Shown: piece by piece, positions 7,800-16,634 of the stretch | Numbering within the stretch: the first letter of the stretch is position 1 | Layout of the letters: each line of letters begins with the position of its first letter | From: a virus | Lineage: Duplodnaviria > Caudoviricetes | Virus record (IMG/VR): IMGVR_UViG_3300031673_000318 | Location: 1 to 31,208 of that record | Reading direction: 5' to 3' (one strand) | Length of the DNA stretch: 31,208 bases | Made by a program: the position numbers and the translations under genes | Notes under the pieces: model-generated | Databases searched by the model: none | What the model saw: the letters and a program-made list of their open reading frames with translations, nothing else | What the model was told of the DNA's origin: nothing

Positions 7800-10238
7800 C
7801 TACTGTTTTACAAGTTCGGACGCCATTTGATGATATTTCGCAGGCGGGTCTTCCAGATAAAGTGTTGCGTTATTATTCTCGCGAATCGCCCACCATGTTT
7901 GGTCCCAAATCGGGTGTGATAGCACCTCCGGACGGTGGGATATCACGAACACCGATCCAAACTTTTGCTTTAACAGCGCAAAAATCGAGATAAGACCCTC
8001 TGTACCCAACGGGTCCAGGTTTCCAAACGGCTCGTCAACGATGAGCACGTTGGAGCTACTACCTGTGTAGAGCTCCTTCAAGTCGCGGAGGCCGAACAAA
8101 AAAGCGAGTCCAGCCTTGTGTCGTTCACCACCAGAAAGCAAGCTGCTGTTGGTAGACACTTCTTCGAGACGCCGACCAAGCCCAAACTGTAGGGAACCCT
8201 CCTGGTCTGTCAAGTGCAGCGATACATTTCTGTTTGGCCACAAAATGTCGGAGTACGCAGGAACTGTGCGCTCCGCTGCGTCGGACAAAATGGCATCGAA
8301 ACGATCCTGTTTCATACCCTTGCTGCCAAACGACTTGTGCAAAGCCTCTAGACAACGAATCTCAGCAATGAGGGCCTCCTGCTTGCGTAGGGTACGCTTG
8401 AGCACCTTCTCATGACGAAGCAGCTGCCGAAGCTCGTTCACACGCTCACGCAGATGAGCCTCATCACTACTTGCCTCCGCTATCTTAGTGGCTGCTCGCT
8501 TCAACCGGCTACGGAGCTCCCGCAACTTAGTTTCCACTTCCTGCATGTCACCACGAGGAAGCTGCTTGAGCTCCTCCAGCTTTTCTACGATGAATTTGCC
8601 CGTCTCGTAGCGGTCCCGGTACTTGTCTACAACGCGGCGCGCTTTTTCGCAGCGCTCCACCAAGTCATCCTTGCTGTCGGAAGGCATAGCCGCAAGCTCG
8701 GCTTCGATTTCTATGCGGCGTCGTGAAGTCTCAAGCTCAGCGGAAAGCCTGCGCTCCTTACCACTAAGTAGACGGATGTCCTCTGTCACCTCTTCTGGAG
8801 AACGCTTGGTCTGGAACATGGTCAAGCGGGAACGAATTCCCTCTGCATTTCGACCGTCGTTTATCTCTTTTTTCAAAACGTGCAGCCTCGAAGTGGTCTT
8901 CTGCAACTCGTCACGAAGCTGGGCAAGCTCGGTACGCTTGGCGTTAATTTCCTCTGCGGACAGATCGTAGGGACGTTTGCAATGTGGACACGCAGCATGG
9001 CGAAGCTCGGTGTCCAAATTTTTAACGTCGCGCTCTAGGGCTGCTTCGCGCAGCTTAGCTGCGTCCTGTTCCTCAACAAGCTCATCCAAAGGAGCCGTGG
9101 GCTCCGCAAGCCGCTGAAGTTTGATCATCAATCCCTGGCGCTCTTCTGCCTGTGGAAGCTCTACCTGGTTGAGGTAGGTAAGCTTCGTCTTTGTTTCTGT
9201 CAGGTCTTCTTGTATCTCTTCTGCATCTCGGTCGCTGAGTTTCTGTAACTGCGCCCGGAGAGCTTCACGCTTTTCTACCTTCTCCAGGTCAGACTGCGCC
9301 GAAGCATACTCCGCATTAAGATTGTCGTACTTACGCTTCCAACGGTCAACGTCTTTCTGGGTGATGTCCTTTGGGTGGTCGAACGTCTTGACCAGGTCGC
9401 TGCCCTTGAACCGAGACATTGTTTGTCTACGCCCAGACGTCCGCTGCTGCAGCTTCGAGTGTAGAGAAGACACCTCGGTGTACTCATCGGTGTCCTCTGA
9501 GTTTTCGTCCTTGAGATGCTCCAACATTATTTCTGCTGCTTCGTGGTCAGCCTCGAGGTCTACCAAATCTGGCATCGAAAAGATTTTCTGTTTAACCTCT
9601 CGAAGCTCGTTGCTCACCTGCGCGAAGTCGGACATCGAAGTCTCGTGCATAGAGAGCATCCGCTTGGCCAACACGTACAACTCGTCGTAAATGTCCAGGT
9701 CGAACATCACTGTCAACCGCTTACGTCGCTCGAACTCTTTGCCATGAATCATGACATTGTTGAGCTCTTGCACCAAGTAGATAAGGTTGAAGAAGGTGGT
9801 TTCGTCAAGTGATAGCAGCCCTTCACGGATCCACTTGTGAGGTGCACGTGAAGCGTCTATAGGGAGGACGTTCTGGCCCGTCTCTCTATCGATCACCATC
9901 ACTTTATTGTTGAACCGGTGGTGCTGGCGGTACTGCCGTATCTCGTAAGGGTGCCCGCCAACACGCAACTTCAGGGTGGCCGACATGTCGGCCCCGCTAA
10001 ACAAGTTGACGATATCGGATTTATGATCACCGCGCCGCTGGTCCCGCTTGCCCCCTTTACCTACCTGCAACTGTGCAAACACCTCGAAGATGGAAGACTT
10101 CCCCGCACCCAGAAAACCACCATCATCCATGTTCAACCCACGCACCAACACGAGTCCCTGATTCGCCAACGGGAAGCTGCACTTCCGGTAGATGTAGGCG
10201 TTCTCGAACTCCAGCGACTCGTATTCAATGAAGGGCAT
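7800..10238 (-). CDS. sbcC: SbcC/Rad50/gp46-like SMC-family ATPase
   Basis: Walker A GAGKSS, long coiled coils with central zinc hook CPHC, signature LSGGE, Walker B LIVDEP, H-loop ISH. Confidence 0.93.
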   Translation of the reverse strand: MPFIEYESLEFENAYIYRKCSFPLANQGLVLVRGLNMDDGGFLGAGKSSIFEVFAQLQVGKGGKRDQRRGDHKSDIVNLFSGADMSATLKLRVGGHPYEIRQYRQHHRFNNKVMVIDRETGQNVLPIDASRAPHKWIREGLLSLDETTFFNLIYLVQELNNVMIHGKEFERRKRLTVMFDLDIYDELYVLAKRMLSMHETSMSDFAQVSNELREVKQKIFSMPDLVDLEADHEAAEIMLEHLKDENSEDTDEYTEVSSLHSKLQQRTSGRRQTMSRFKGSDLVKTFDHPKDITQKDVDRWKRKYDNLNAEYASAQSDLEKVEKREALRAQLQKLSDRDAEEIQEDLTETKTKLTYLNQVELPQAEERQGLMIKLQRLAEPTAPLDELVEEQDAAKLREAALERDVKNLDTELRHAACPHCKRPYDLSAEEINAKRTELAQLRDELQKTTSRLHVLKKEINDGRNAEGIRSRLTMFQTKRSPEEVTEDIRLLSGKERRLSAELETSRRRIEIEAELAAMPSDSKDDLVERCEKARRVVDKYRDRYETGKFIVEKLEELKQLPRGDMQEVETKLRELRSRLKRAATKIAEASSDEAHLRERVNELRQLLRHEKVLKRTLRKQEALIAEIRCLEALHKSFGSKGMKQDRFDAILSDAAERTVPAYSDILWPNRNVSLHLTDQEGSLQFGLGRRLEEVSTNSSLLSGGERHKAGLAFLFGLRDLKELYTGSSSNVLIVDEPFGNLDPLGTEGLISIFALLKQKFGSVFVISHRPEVLSHPIWDQTWWAIRENNNATLYLEDPPAKYHQMASELVKQ

Positions 10239-10241
10239 AGG

Positions 10242-11384
10242 CTACCAGCTTTTGATGAGCTTCATTGTACGGAAAGTAGCTGCTTCAAGCAGTGCAATAG
10301 AATCGGTAGAGTACAACTTGGTGCGCTCTAACACGGTGCAGTAGTCGTCAAGAATGAGTGGTAAACTCTCCGTCGACTGTGGCTTACGCGCAGTGACACC
10401 CTTGAGCAGCCACATTTTTCCTGGGTCGCACAAGGCATCTTTGTCAATCCACGAGTAGAACAGCTGCTGGAACGTCTCGAGCACGCACTGTGTAAAGTAG
10501 CCTGGATTGGTTACGTGTTGGAGTGCCTGCAGCGCCATCGGCAGGTTGCCTGCTACCACAGCACCCACGTAGCGTCTGATGACCTCGGAAGTCTGCAGTT
10601 CGGTCGACTGCGCTACCACCTTGGTGAGTAGCTCCTGCCAGTTGGATGTCTCGCCTTTCGCAGCTTCAGCGTGATTGATAACCTTGCTGAGCAGCCCGAG
10701 GGCATCACGAAGATGCCCATCGCTAGCGGTAGCAATTTGCAAGCACAGCTTCTTCAGCATATCATTGGGAGGTTGAAAGCCTTCCTTGACGGCGATCTGA
10801 TACACACGCTTCGCCACGGCTTCTGTAGGCAGCGGCTCGAGCGAAAAAATCTCTCCACGGCTACGAATGGTGGAGGGTAGCTTCTCGAAGTTGGTGGTGC
10901 ACAGAATGTAGCGTGTGCGCCGAGGTGGATCCTCCAGCATCTTGAGCATCGCCTGGAAAGCAGCACCTGTAATCTGATGTGCTTCATCCAGGATGAACAC
11001 CCGAAAGTTGTACCGAGGTGCTTGAGGAGCGATGGACGCTAAGCGGCGAATCTCATCAATGCCACCATGCAGTGCTACGTTCAACTCTGTCACGTCGGGA
11101 TGTTCAGACCTACCCAACAATACGGGTTTCATCTGCTTGCAGCTAGAGCACTCCCCGCAAGGTTCAATGCCGCTGGGTTTCTGACAGTTGATGTAGTAGG
11201 CTACGAGACGCGCCAGCGTTGTTTTACCTGCACTGTACGGACCATGAAAAATCAACACAGGGTCGATTCTCTTGTTCATGATCATGCCACGCAGACTGTC
11301 TACTACCTCTACTTGCCCCACCATCTCAGCGAATGCTTTAGGACGCCACTTCGCTGCTAGATGCAAGTTATCCTTGTTCATCAT
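10242..11384 (-). CDS. dnaX: DNA polymerase III gamma/tau-like clamp-loader ATPase (gamma length)
   Basis: KWRPKAFAEMVGQ, Walker A GPYSAGKTT, zinc site C...CGECSSC, Walker B ILDEAH, LPSTIRSR, GHLRDA. Confidence 0.92.
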   Translation of the reverse strand: MMNKDNLHLAAKWRPKAFAEMVGQVEVVDSLRGMIMNKRIDPVLIFHGPYSAGKTTLARLVAYYINCQKPSGIEPCGECSSCKQMKPVLLGRSEHPDVTELNVALHGGIDEIRRLASIAPQAPRYNFRVFILDEAHQITGAAFQAMLKMLEDPPRRTRYILCTTNFEKLPSTIRSRGEIFSLEPLPTEAVAKRVYQIAVKEGFQPPNDMLKKLCLQIATASDGHLRDALGLLSKVINHAEAAKGETSNWQELLTKVVAQSTELQTSEVIRRYVGAVVAGNLPMALQALQHVTNPGYFTQCVLETFQQLFYSWIDKDALCDPGKMWLLKGVTARKPQSTESLPLILDDYCTVLERTKLYSTDSIALLEAATFRTMKLIKSW

Positions 11385-12447
11385 TGTCCTGTACCTGGTA
11401 TCTGTCTGGAAGTTCTACAGTCACGCCTGCTGTTTTTGCCAACTTTATGGCAATCCGCCATGCCAACGGGTACAAATCTTCTGGAAGGTGGGCTCTCTCC
11501 AACGCTGTTTCAAGATCATCAAAAATTCCCACCGTGACCATTTGTTGGTCGCGATCCTGGCGACGCTCAAGCGACACCACACTAGGATGAAATTCAACGT
11601 TCAGTGGCAGAGCGTTTTCGGGAAAAGGACCCTCTGGACGAAACTGGATCAGCGCTTCCTCAGGAGGAGGCCAATCCTCGAGTTCCTCAGTAACGATACG
11701 AAGAGGGATGGACGGAACAGGAACAAATTCGGGATCTGCTGGGCGGTTGGTATCAACAATGAGCACGCCCTTTTCCGCGACCTCGTCAAAACGGGTTTGG
11801 TGCGGCGACCCAGAGTACCACGCGCAATCCAGTAACGACTGGCAGATGTGCATGTCGCCCATCGCCCAGTAAGTCACAGAAGGAAGGTTGTTGTCGATAC
11901 GGATTTGGTTCGCCTTGGTGATGCTCAAACCAACGTCCGTTTTACAGCCCTGCACTGCTTCATGAAGAACAACTACTACCGGTAAATCCGGGTTGGTGCA
12001 GTAGTCCTCCAGCAATGCCTGCACAATCAAGAAAAGTTCCTGGTCCATCCATCCCTGGTAAGGCATTAGCACCAGGTAGCAACCGAAGCGTTCGTACACA
12101 CTGGGCTCACCATCGTGAACGAGGTGATTCCCTAAGCGCTGTGCGAAGGCGGAGAGGTAACTCAAACAGGTGTCGCCAACTTCCACAGAACGCTTGTCGT
12201 GATTACCGCTGATCATCACAACTGGTACACGGCACTCAGCGAGCCACTCCGACAGGAGCAGGCGCTCAGCGTGTGTAATATCACGTCGGTCGTAGATATC
12301 CCCCGCTACTACTATGAAATCGACCTCACGGTCCTCCGCAATATTCTGGATATGGCGAAGGCACGCCTTTGCACGGCCCAGATAAAACTGGCTGAACCGA
12401 CGCAGAGCGTTGAGGTGCAAATCAGAGGTGTGTAAAAACGTTGGCAT
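11368..12447 (-). CDS. sbcD: SbcD/Mre11/gp47-like metallophosphoesterase nuclease
   Basis: LHTSDLH, AGDIYD, GNHD, LHE, MGDMH, YSGSP motifs; near sbcC. Confidence 0.93.
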   Translation of the reverse strand: MPTFLHTSDLHLNALRRFSQFYLGRAKACLRHIQNIAEDREVDFIVVAGDIYDRRDITHAERLLLSEWLAECRVPVVMISGNHDKRSVEVGDTCLSYLSAFAQRLGNHLVHDGEPSVYERFGCYLVLMPYQGWMDQELFLIVQALLEDYCTNPDLPVVVVLHEAVQGCKTDVGLSITKANQIRIDNNLPSVTYWAMGDMHICQSLLDCAWYSGSPHQTRFDEVAEKGVLIVDTNRPADPEFVPVPSIPLRIVTEELEDWPPPEEALIQFRPEGPFPENALPLNVEFHPSVVSLERRQDRDQQMVTVGIFDDLETALERAHLPEDLYPLAWRIAIKLAKTAGVTVELPDRYQVQDNDEQG

Positions 12448-12460
12448 ACTACCGTGGTGC

Positions 12461-12709
12461 TTACAGGTCTACTGGACGGACGGTCGTCCTCTTGTTACCC
12501 ACACAGCGCAAGGCGGAATCGAGCATCATCTGGGTGAACTTTTTCGCGAGGGAATCCGCGAGGGTACCGTCGACACGGAGACCGATGGAACTGAAGTACT
12601 CCTTCACCTTGGATGCGGTGATGACCTTCTTCCCGTGCTCCTCGAAGAAATTTCCTGTGGCTTTCCTCATCTGCATCTCATCTAGAACTTTTCTTTTCTT
12701 TTCTGCCAT
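12461..12709 (-). CDS. Prokaryotic-type histone-fold protein with basic N-terminal extension
   Basis: Good SD (AGGAGAG). VITASKVKEYF (alpha1), LRVDG (L1), a long alpha2, then NKRTTVRPVDL carrying the histone R-x-T-x-x-x-x-D signature, as in bacterial Bd0055-like histones. Confidence 0.85.
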   Translation of the reverse strand: MAEKKRKVLDEMQMRKATGNFFEEHGKKVITASKVKEYFSSIGLRVDGTLADSLAKKFTQMMLDSALRCVGNKRTTVRPVDL

Positions 12710-12724
12710 GACTCTCTCCTTTGT

Positions 12725-13768
12725 TCAGGCTTCTTCTGTACACTGTTTCAGGTACACTGTTGAGTGGCTGAAACGTAGCGCTTTCCATTTTGCCCATGGA
12801 GCGTCACCACGCATCAGCGAGCGAATGTGAGGGTTTAAAACGGTACCATCTTGATACAAAGCGACGGTACCATTCAAGGTGTTCAAGTAACTGAGTAGTA
12901 TGTGTGTGCCGTCGAGATCGAGCGCTCCTATGCCCTCGAAAGGAGGGTCCACCCAGAAAAGGGTGTGCGGGGCGTCATTGATCTGCAGCACTTTTTCAAT
13001 CGTATTATGCTCTATCTGCACACGGTACAGGCGGCTATGCAGCTGCGGCAGAACCGGGTCTACGCTACGCAGCGCAGCCATTACTTTATCAGAGGTGGTA
13101 TCGGGCAGTGTCTCCTGTGCAGGAGCGAGCTCCACCGCAGGGAACGCGTCACGCATGTAGCAGTACCACGCATACGCAGCTAACACAGCATCCCGGTCAT
13201 TCTGCTCTTCCCACACTGCAAACAGGTGGGAAGTCAGGAAGGAGTTGGTCGGGGGGACGAGTTGGCTGATCAGGTAAAACCAACTGAAAGAGGATGGATC
13301 GCGCAACGTATGGAAAAGGGTAATAGCAGCCCGAGCGTAGTCGTTGAATACCTCTACTGGAGCGGGTTCTCGAGCCATCAGAAGAGGCGCCCGTCCACCA
13401 AACACCTCCACGTACACTTGACAATCTGGGAGCGCCTGCGCGACTTCACGTAGAGGGCTGTCCTCGGGACGTCCTGCGTATGAAGGCAGTCCCGCTATAG
13501 GAGCACTCCAATCCTGAAGTGACTCATATTCGTAGAGGAAGACATAGCAGCCTAAACCGCGCAGCAGAAGCGCTACTTCTTTGAGATCATCACGCTCCCA
13601 CCGAAACTTGTAGAGCCCTGGCGCTAACGCGTCGAACGGTAGAGCACGGTTCCGCAAACTTGGCGCAGCTGTGATGAGTAGTACCCCGTAGGTACCATCA
13701 GCATGGCGTCGTACTAGCAGAAAAACCGAGCTAAATACGTCCGTAATAGATGATAATCCTCTAGCCAT
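12725..13768 (-). CDS. Dam-like (D12 class) DNA adenine methyltransferase, divergent, with N-terminal extension
   Basis: YVEVFGG (motif I), EVFND (motif II), LFHTLRD, FWVDPPF (motif IV, F for Y); start overlaps the recA stop (TAATG). Confidence 0.75.
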   Translation of the reverse strand: MARGLSSITDVFSSVFLLVRRHADGTYGVLLITAAPSLRNRALPFDALAPGLYKFRWERDDLKEVALLLRGLGCYVFLYEYESLQDWSAPIAGLPSYAGRPEDSPLREVAQALPDCQVYVEVFGGRAPLLMAREPAPVEVFNDYARAAITLFHTLRDPSSFSWFYLISQLVPPTNSFLTSHLFAVWEEQNDRDAVLAAYAWYCYMRDAFPAVELAPAQETLPDTTSDKVMAALRSVDPVLPQLHSRLYRVQIEHNTIEKVLQINDAPHTLFWVDPPFEGIGALDLDGTHILLSYLNTLNGTVALYQDGTVLNPHIRSLMRGDAPWAKWKALRFSHSTVYLKQCTEEA

Positions 13769-15057
13769 TAAAACGATTCGTCGAAGCTAAGGTCAGCGTG
13801 ATCTTCCTGCTTACTCTTGTTGACAGGTTTTTTGCCAACCTTGCGTCGGTTAACGCGGGTTTCTTCGTACTCCGCAGCTTCATCTGCTACCTGCTGTTTG
13901 AGGTCTTCTTCGTCGTTGTCGTCTACTTCGTCTGGAACGTCGTAATCGGCATCGTAGAAGTAGGTAGACTCGTTACTTTTCTCGAAGTAGGTGCGGTACG
14001 TTTCGTTCTCCCGCAACATAGCAAAGCACATAGCACGAAAGTCTGGATGCTCCACTGTGCGACGGAAGTCACCCCAACTGAGTATCTTGTTATCGTACCC
14101 CTCCAAATGGATTTTCTGCTTACCCGCACGAATCTCGAGGAGACCCAGGTGTTTCAGGAAGTAGAAAGCGTCGTAGGACTTGTCCAACCCGCGCCCAAGC
14201 ATGAGACGCATATCTGTGCTGCGAAACGGTGGGAACGCTTTGTTCTTGGTCGTTCGCCAGATGACAGGTACCGTCTGAACACCGATCTTGTCGGGCTCTA
14301 CACGCTTCACAGAGGAGCGCACTTTGTACCCGGGCCAGAATCGAAGTGCTTTGCCACCAGATTCGTGTTGGGGAGCTCCATAGCCCCCAATGTTGGTACG
14401 CATCTGGTTAGTGCCGATGAGCAATGCACCACGTCTTCGCAGGCGCGGAACTACGCGTTTGAGGAAGTAGCTGTGCATCCGGGCTTCGTCAGCAATCCGG
14501 CCACCGTCACCGACCTCATCTACCTCTTCACTACCCATCCCTGCGAAGCTATCCACCAAGAAAAGCATCCGAGGTGGACCGTCGTCCACGATAGGCATCT
14601 TGCTAAGCACACGAAGGATATGACGGTAGACCGCTTCTCCGGTATCTGGTTGCGTGTAGAAGAATCCTGGACGCTCGATGGTTTTTTTGCCATCTTTGAA
14701 CTTGACTTTGTAGTTTAGGTCGACGCCCATCGTACGCATGTAGACGGGATCTGACCCCGCTTCAGGGTCGTACAGGCAAGCTGGAATATTTATCAACTGA
14801 GAGCTAGCCAGGATGGAAGTGAGCAGAGTAGATTTACCACTCCCCTCCGGACCGAAGGTGGTCCCCATCAAGCCTGGCTTGAAGCCGCCACCAGTAATCA
14901 AGTCCAAGGAAAGGCTTCCGGTAGAGAGCACATCTTTTACGCGCTGTCCTTGCCGTAAGTTGATGCAGTCGAGCTCCTCCACCTCGTCAAAAGCGGCAGA
15001 AGCTGCTTCCGCAGGATGCACTATCTCTATCTTTAGCTTGTCTTTCTTTTTGGACAT
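13768..15057 (-). CDS. recA: RecA/UvsX recombinase with acidic C-terminal tail
   Basis: STGSLSLDLITGGG, Walker A GPEGSGKST, Walker B FLVDS, NQMR, SGGKALRF, KNK. ATG at 15057 with SD GAGG preferred over 15144. Confidence 0.93.
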   Translation of the reverse strand: MSKKKDKLKIEIVHPAEAASAAFDEVEELDCINLRQGQRVKDVLSTGSLSLDLITGGGFKPGLMGTTFGPEGSGKSTLLTSILASSQLINIPACLYDPEAGSDPVYMRTMGVDLNYKVKFKDGKKTIERPGFFYTQPDTGEAVYRHILRVLSKMPIVDDGPPRMLFLVDSFAGMGSEEVDEVGDGGRIADEARMHSYFLKRVVPRLRRRGALLIGTNQMRTNIGGYGAPQHESGGKALRFWPGYKVRSSVKRVEPDKIGVQTVPVIWRTTKNKAFPPFRSTDMRLMLGRGLDKSYDAFYFLKHLGLLEIRAGKQKIHLEGYDNKILSWGDFRRTVEHPDFRAMCFAMLRENETYRTYFEKSNESTYFYDADYDVPDEVDDNDEEDLKQQVADEAAEYEETRVNRRKVGKKPVNKSKQEDHADLSFDESF

Positions 15058-15064
15058 GGTACCT

Positions 15065-15412
15065 CTACAAAGGCAAGCCGACGAGCTTGCGCAGAGTTTC
15101 GTAAGTAGCCATCCCTCGATGACGACCAACTTCGCGGCCACCACGGTAAAACCGTACTTGAGGAACGTACGCAGTACCCAGCTGTGTGGCTGCTGTAGGG
15201 TCGTCTACAAGGGACACCCTAGCAATGTAGAGCAGTAAACGTCGGTGACGGATGAAGCCAAGTAGAGACTCCTCAAGTTGACTACACAATGTACTTTCAT
15301 TGCTAATCAACAAAAAGAATTCGACGTCGAGATCTCGCAGTGCCAAAGCAGCATCCCAAGAAATTGGGAAAACTTTCCCGGCAAAGTCTCGAATGCTTCT
15401 ACCAAGCAACAC
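15065..15412 (-). CDS. Thioredoxin-fold protein lacking CxxC
   Basis: C-terminal TAYVPQVRFYRGGREVGRHRG matches the Trx cis-Pro/beta-hairpin pattern; only one Cys (STLC); fills the gap between ssb and recA. Confidence 0.6.
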   Translation of the reverse strand: MLLGRSIRDFAGKVFPISWDAALALRDLDVEFFLLISNESTLCSQLEESLLGFIRHRRLLLYIARVSLVDDPTAATQLGTAYVPQVRFYRGGREVGRHRGMATYETLRKLVGLPL

Positions 15413-15428
15413 CCGTCACCACACGCTA

Positions 15429-16634
15429 CTACCACCCCGAGGGGTCGTCCTCTTCCACTGCTTTAGTAGTAACAGTGGAAGAGGTCTTTTCACTGGGAGA
15501 GTCGCCCCAGCCGTCGTCACTGAAAAGGGTGTCATCGAATTCGGGACCGCTTTCACTGCTGTCACCGCTGTCGGCGCTAGCAGCAGTCTCATCTCCCCAC
15601 GCGTCATCGGTGCTGGCAGATTTACCGTTGCCAGAGTCGTCACCCCACGCGTCATCGGTGCTGGCAGCAACGCTTGTCTCGCCCCATCCTTCGTCAGAAG
15701 GAGCAGACTCTAATGGCTCCGATGGCGAGTCGTCGTCGCCCCACGCTTCGTCTTCCGCTGGAGGAGGTGGGGCAGCCTTAGCTTTAGCTGGTCGTCCACT
15801 ACCAGTGGGCCTCCTGGATTGCTTCGCAGACTCAGAGTCACCCCAGCTACCTGAACGGTCGTTGCCAGGCTCATCGCGGCTTGCAACTACCTCGATCACT
15901 TCTTCAAGACGAGCGTACAGTCCAAGACGCTTCAGGTCTGCGCGGATCGTGTCGGGATCTTTGACCTCGACAATTTCATCGAACGGCGTGGGCTCACCCT
16001 TAAAGATGTTGCCCCCACCCTTCATCATCCAGATACCCTTTTCCTCGTCAAACTTCACAGGCATTTTGTTGCCCTGGTAGAAGCGTACGCGGTCCTTCGG
16101 GTCTTGAGCTTTTTCGTCGTAGTGCCACAGAACGGAGGTGCCCTTTTGGGGGTCATCCAATTCGCAGCCCATGATGTCACCGATCATCGCCAGGTCGTTC
16201 TTTCCATATTTGTTGGTGAACAGGACGCCGAAGACGTCCTTCCGACCTTCTTTGGCTGCGGTGATGTCGAAAGCTTCGATGTAGTAACGGAAGGACCCAA
16301 GCAGACGAAGCTCCTGAGGAAGGCTGTCGTCTTGGAAATCGGCGCACAGGGGGCACGACGCATCAGGCCCCTTCCTAAATTGTCCGGTGTCCCAGTCAAA
16401 ATCCGGGCACACCTCATAGAAACCGCTCTTGCTTCCGTCTTTGCGCTTGAACCGCACATAATGCTGGAAGATGGTAAAAATACCACCGACCAAGCGGATC
16501 TCCTTCGGTTTGCCCCTCTTCGGCTTCTCGAGGTAGTCAAGCTTCTGGTGCCACTTATCTGCGTAAGTTCCGCCACCAGGGGCATTGGAAATGGGACGAC
16601 GTCCCCGTGGATATGGTGACTTTTTGCTGGCCAT
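15429..16634 (-). CDS. gp32-like single-stranded DNA-binding protein with long acidic WG-repeat tail
   Basis: SD AAGGAG; IRL, H, C...CPLC zinc pattern of gp32-type SSBs; ~140 aa acidic disordered tail; next to recA. Confidence 0.75.
   Translation of the reverse strand: MASKKSPYPRGRRPISNAPGGGTYADKWHQKLDYLEKPKRGKPKEIRLVGGIFTIFQHYVRFKRKDGSKSGFYEVCPDFDWDTGQFRKGPDASCPLCADFQDDSLPQELRLLGSFRYYIEAFDITAAKEGRKDVFGVLFTNKYGKNDLAMIGDIMGCELDDPQKGTSVLWHYDEKAQDPKDRVRFYQGNKMPVKFDEEKGIWMMKGGGNIFKGEPTPFDEIVEVKDPDTIRADLKRLGLYARLEEVIEVVASRDEPGNDRSGSWGDSESAKQSRRPTGSGRPAKAKAAPPPPAEDEAWGDDDSPSEPLESAPSDEGWGETSVAASTDDAWGDDSGNGKSASTDDAWGDETAASADSGDSSESGPEFDDTLFSDDGWGDSPSEKTSSTVTTKAVEEDDPSGW

Noticed and set aside
13798-14718. 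306-aa plus-strand ORF and the many other antisense ORFs in the track
   Set aside because: They are shadows of well-supported genes on the opposite strand (here recA), with no motifs or convincing ribosome-binding sites.
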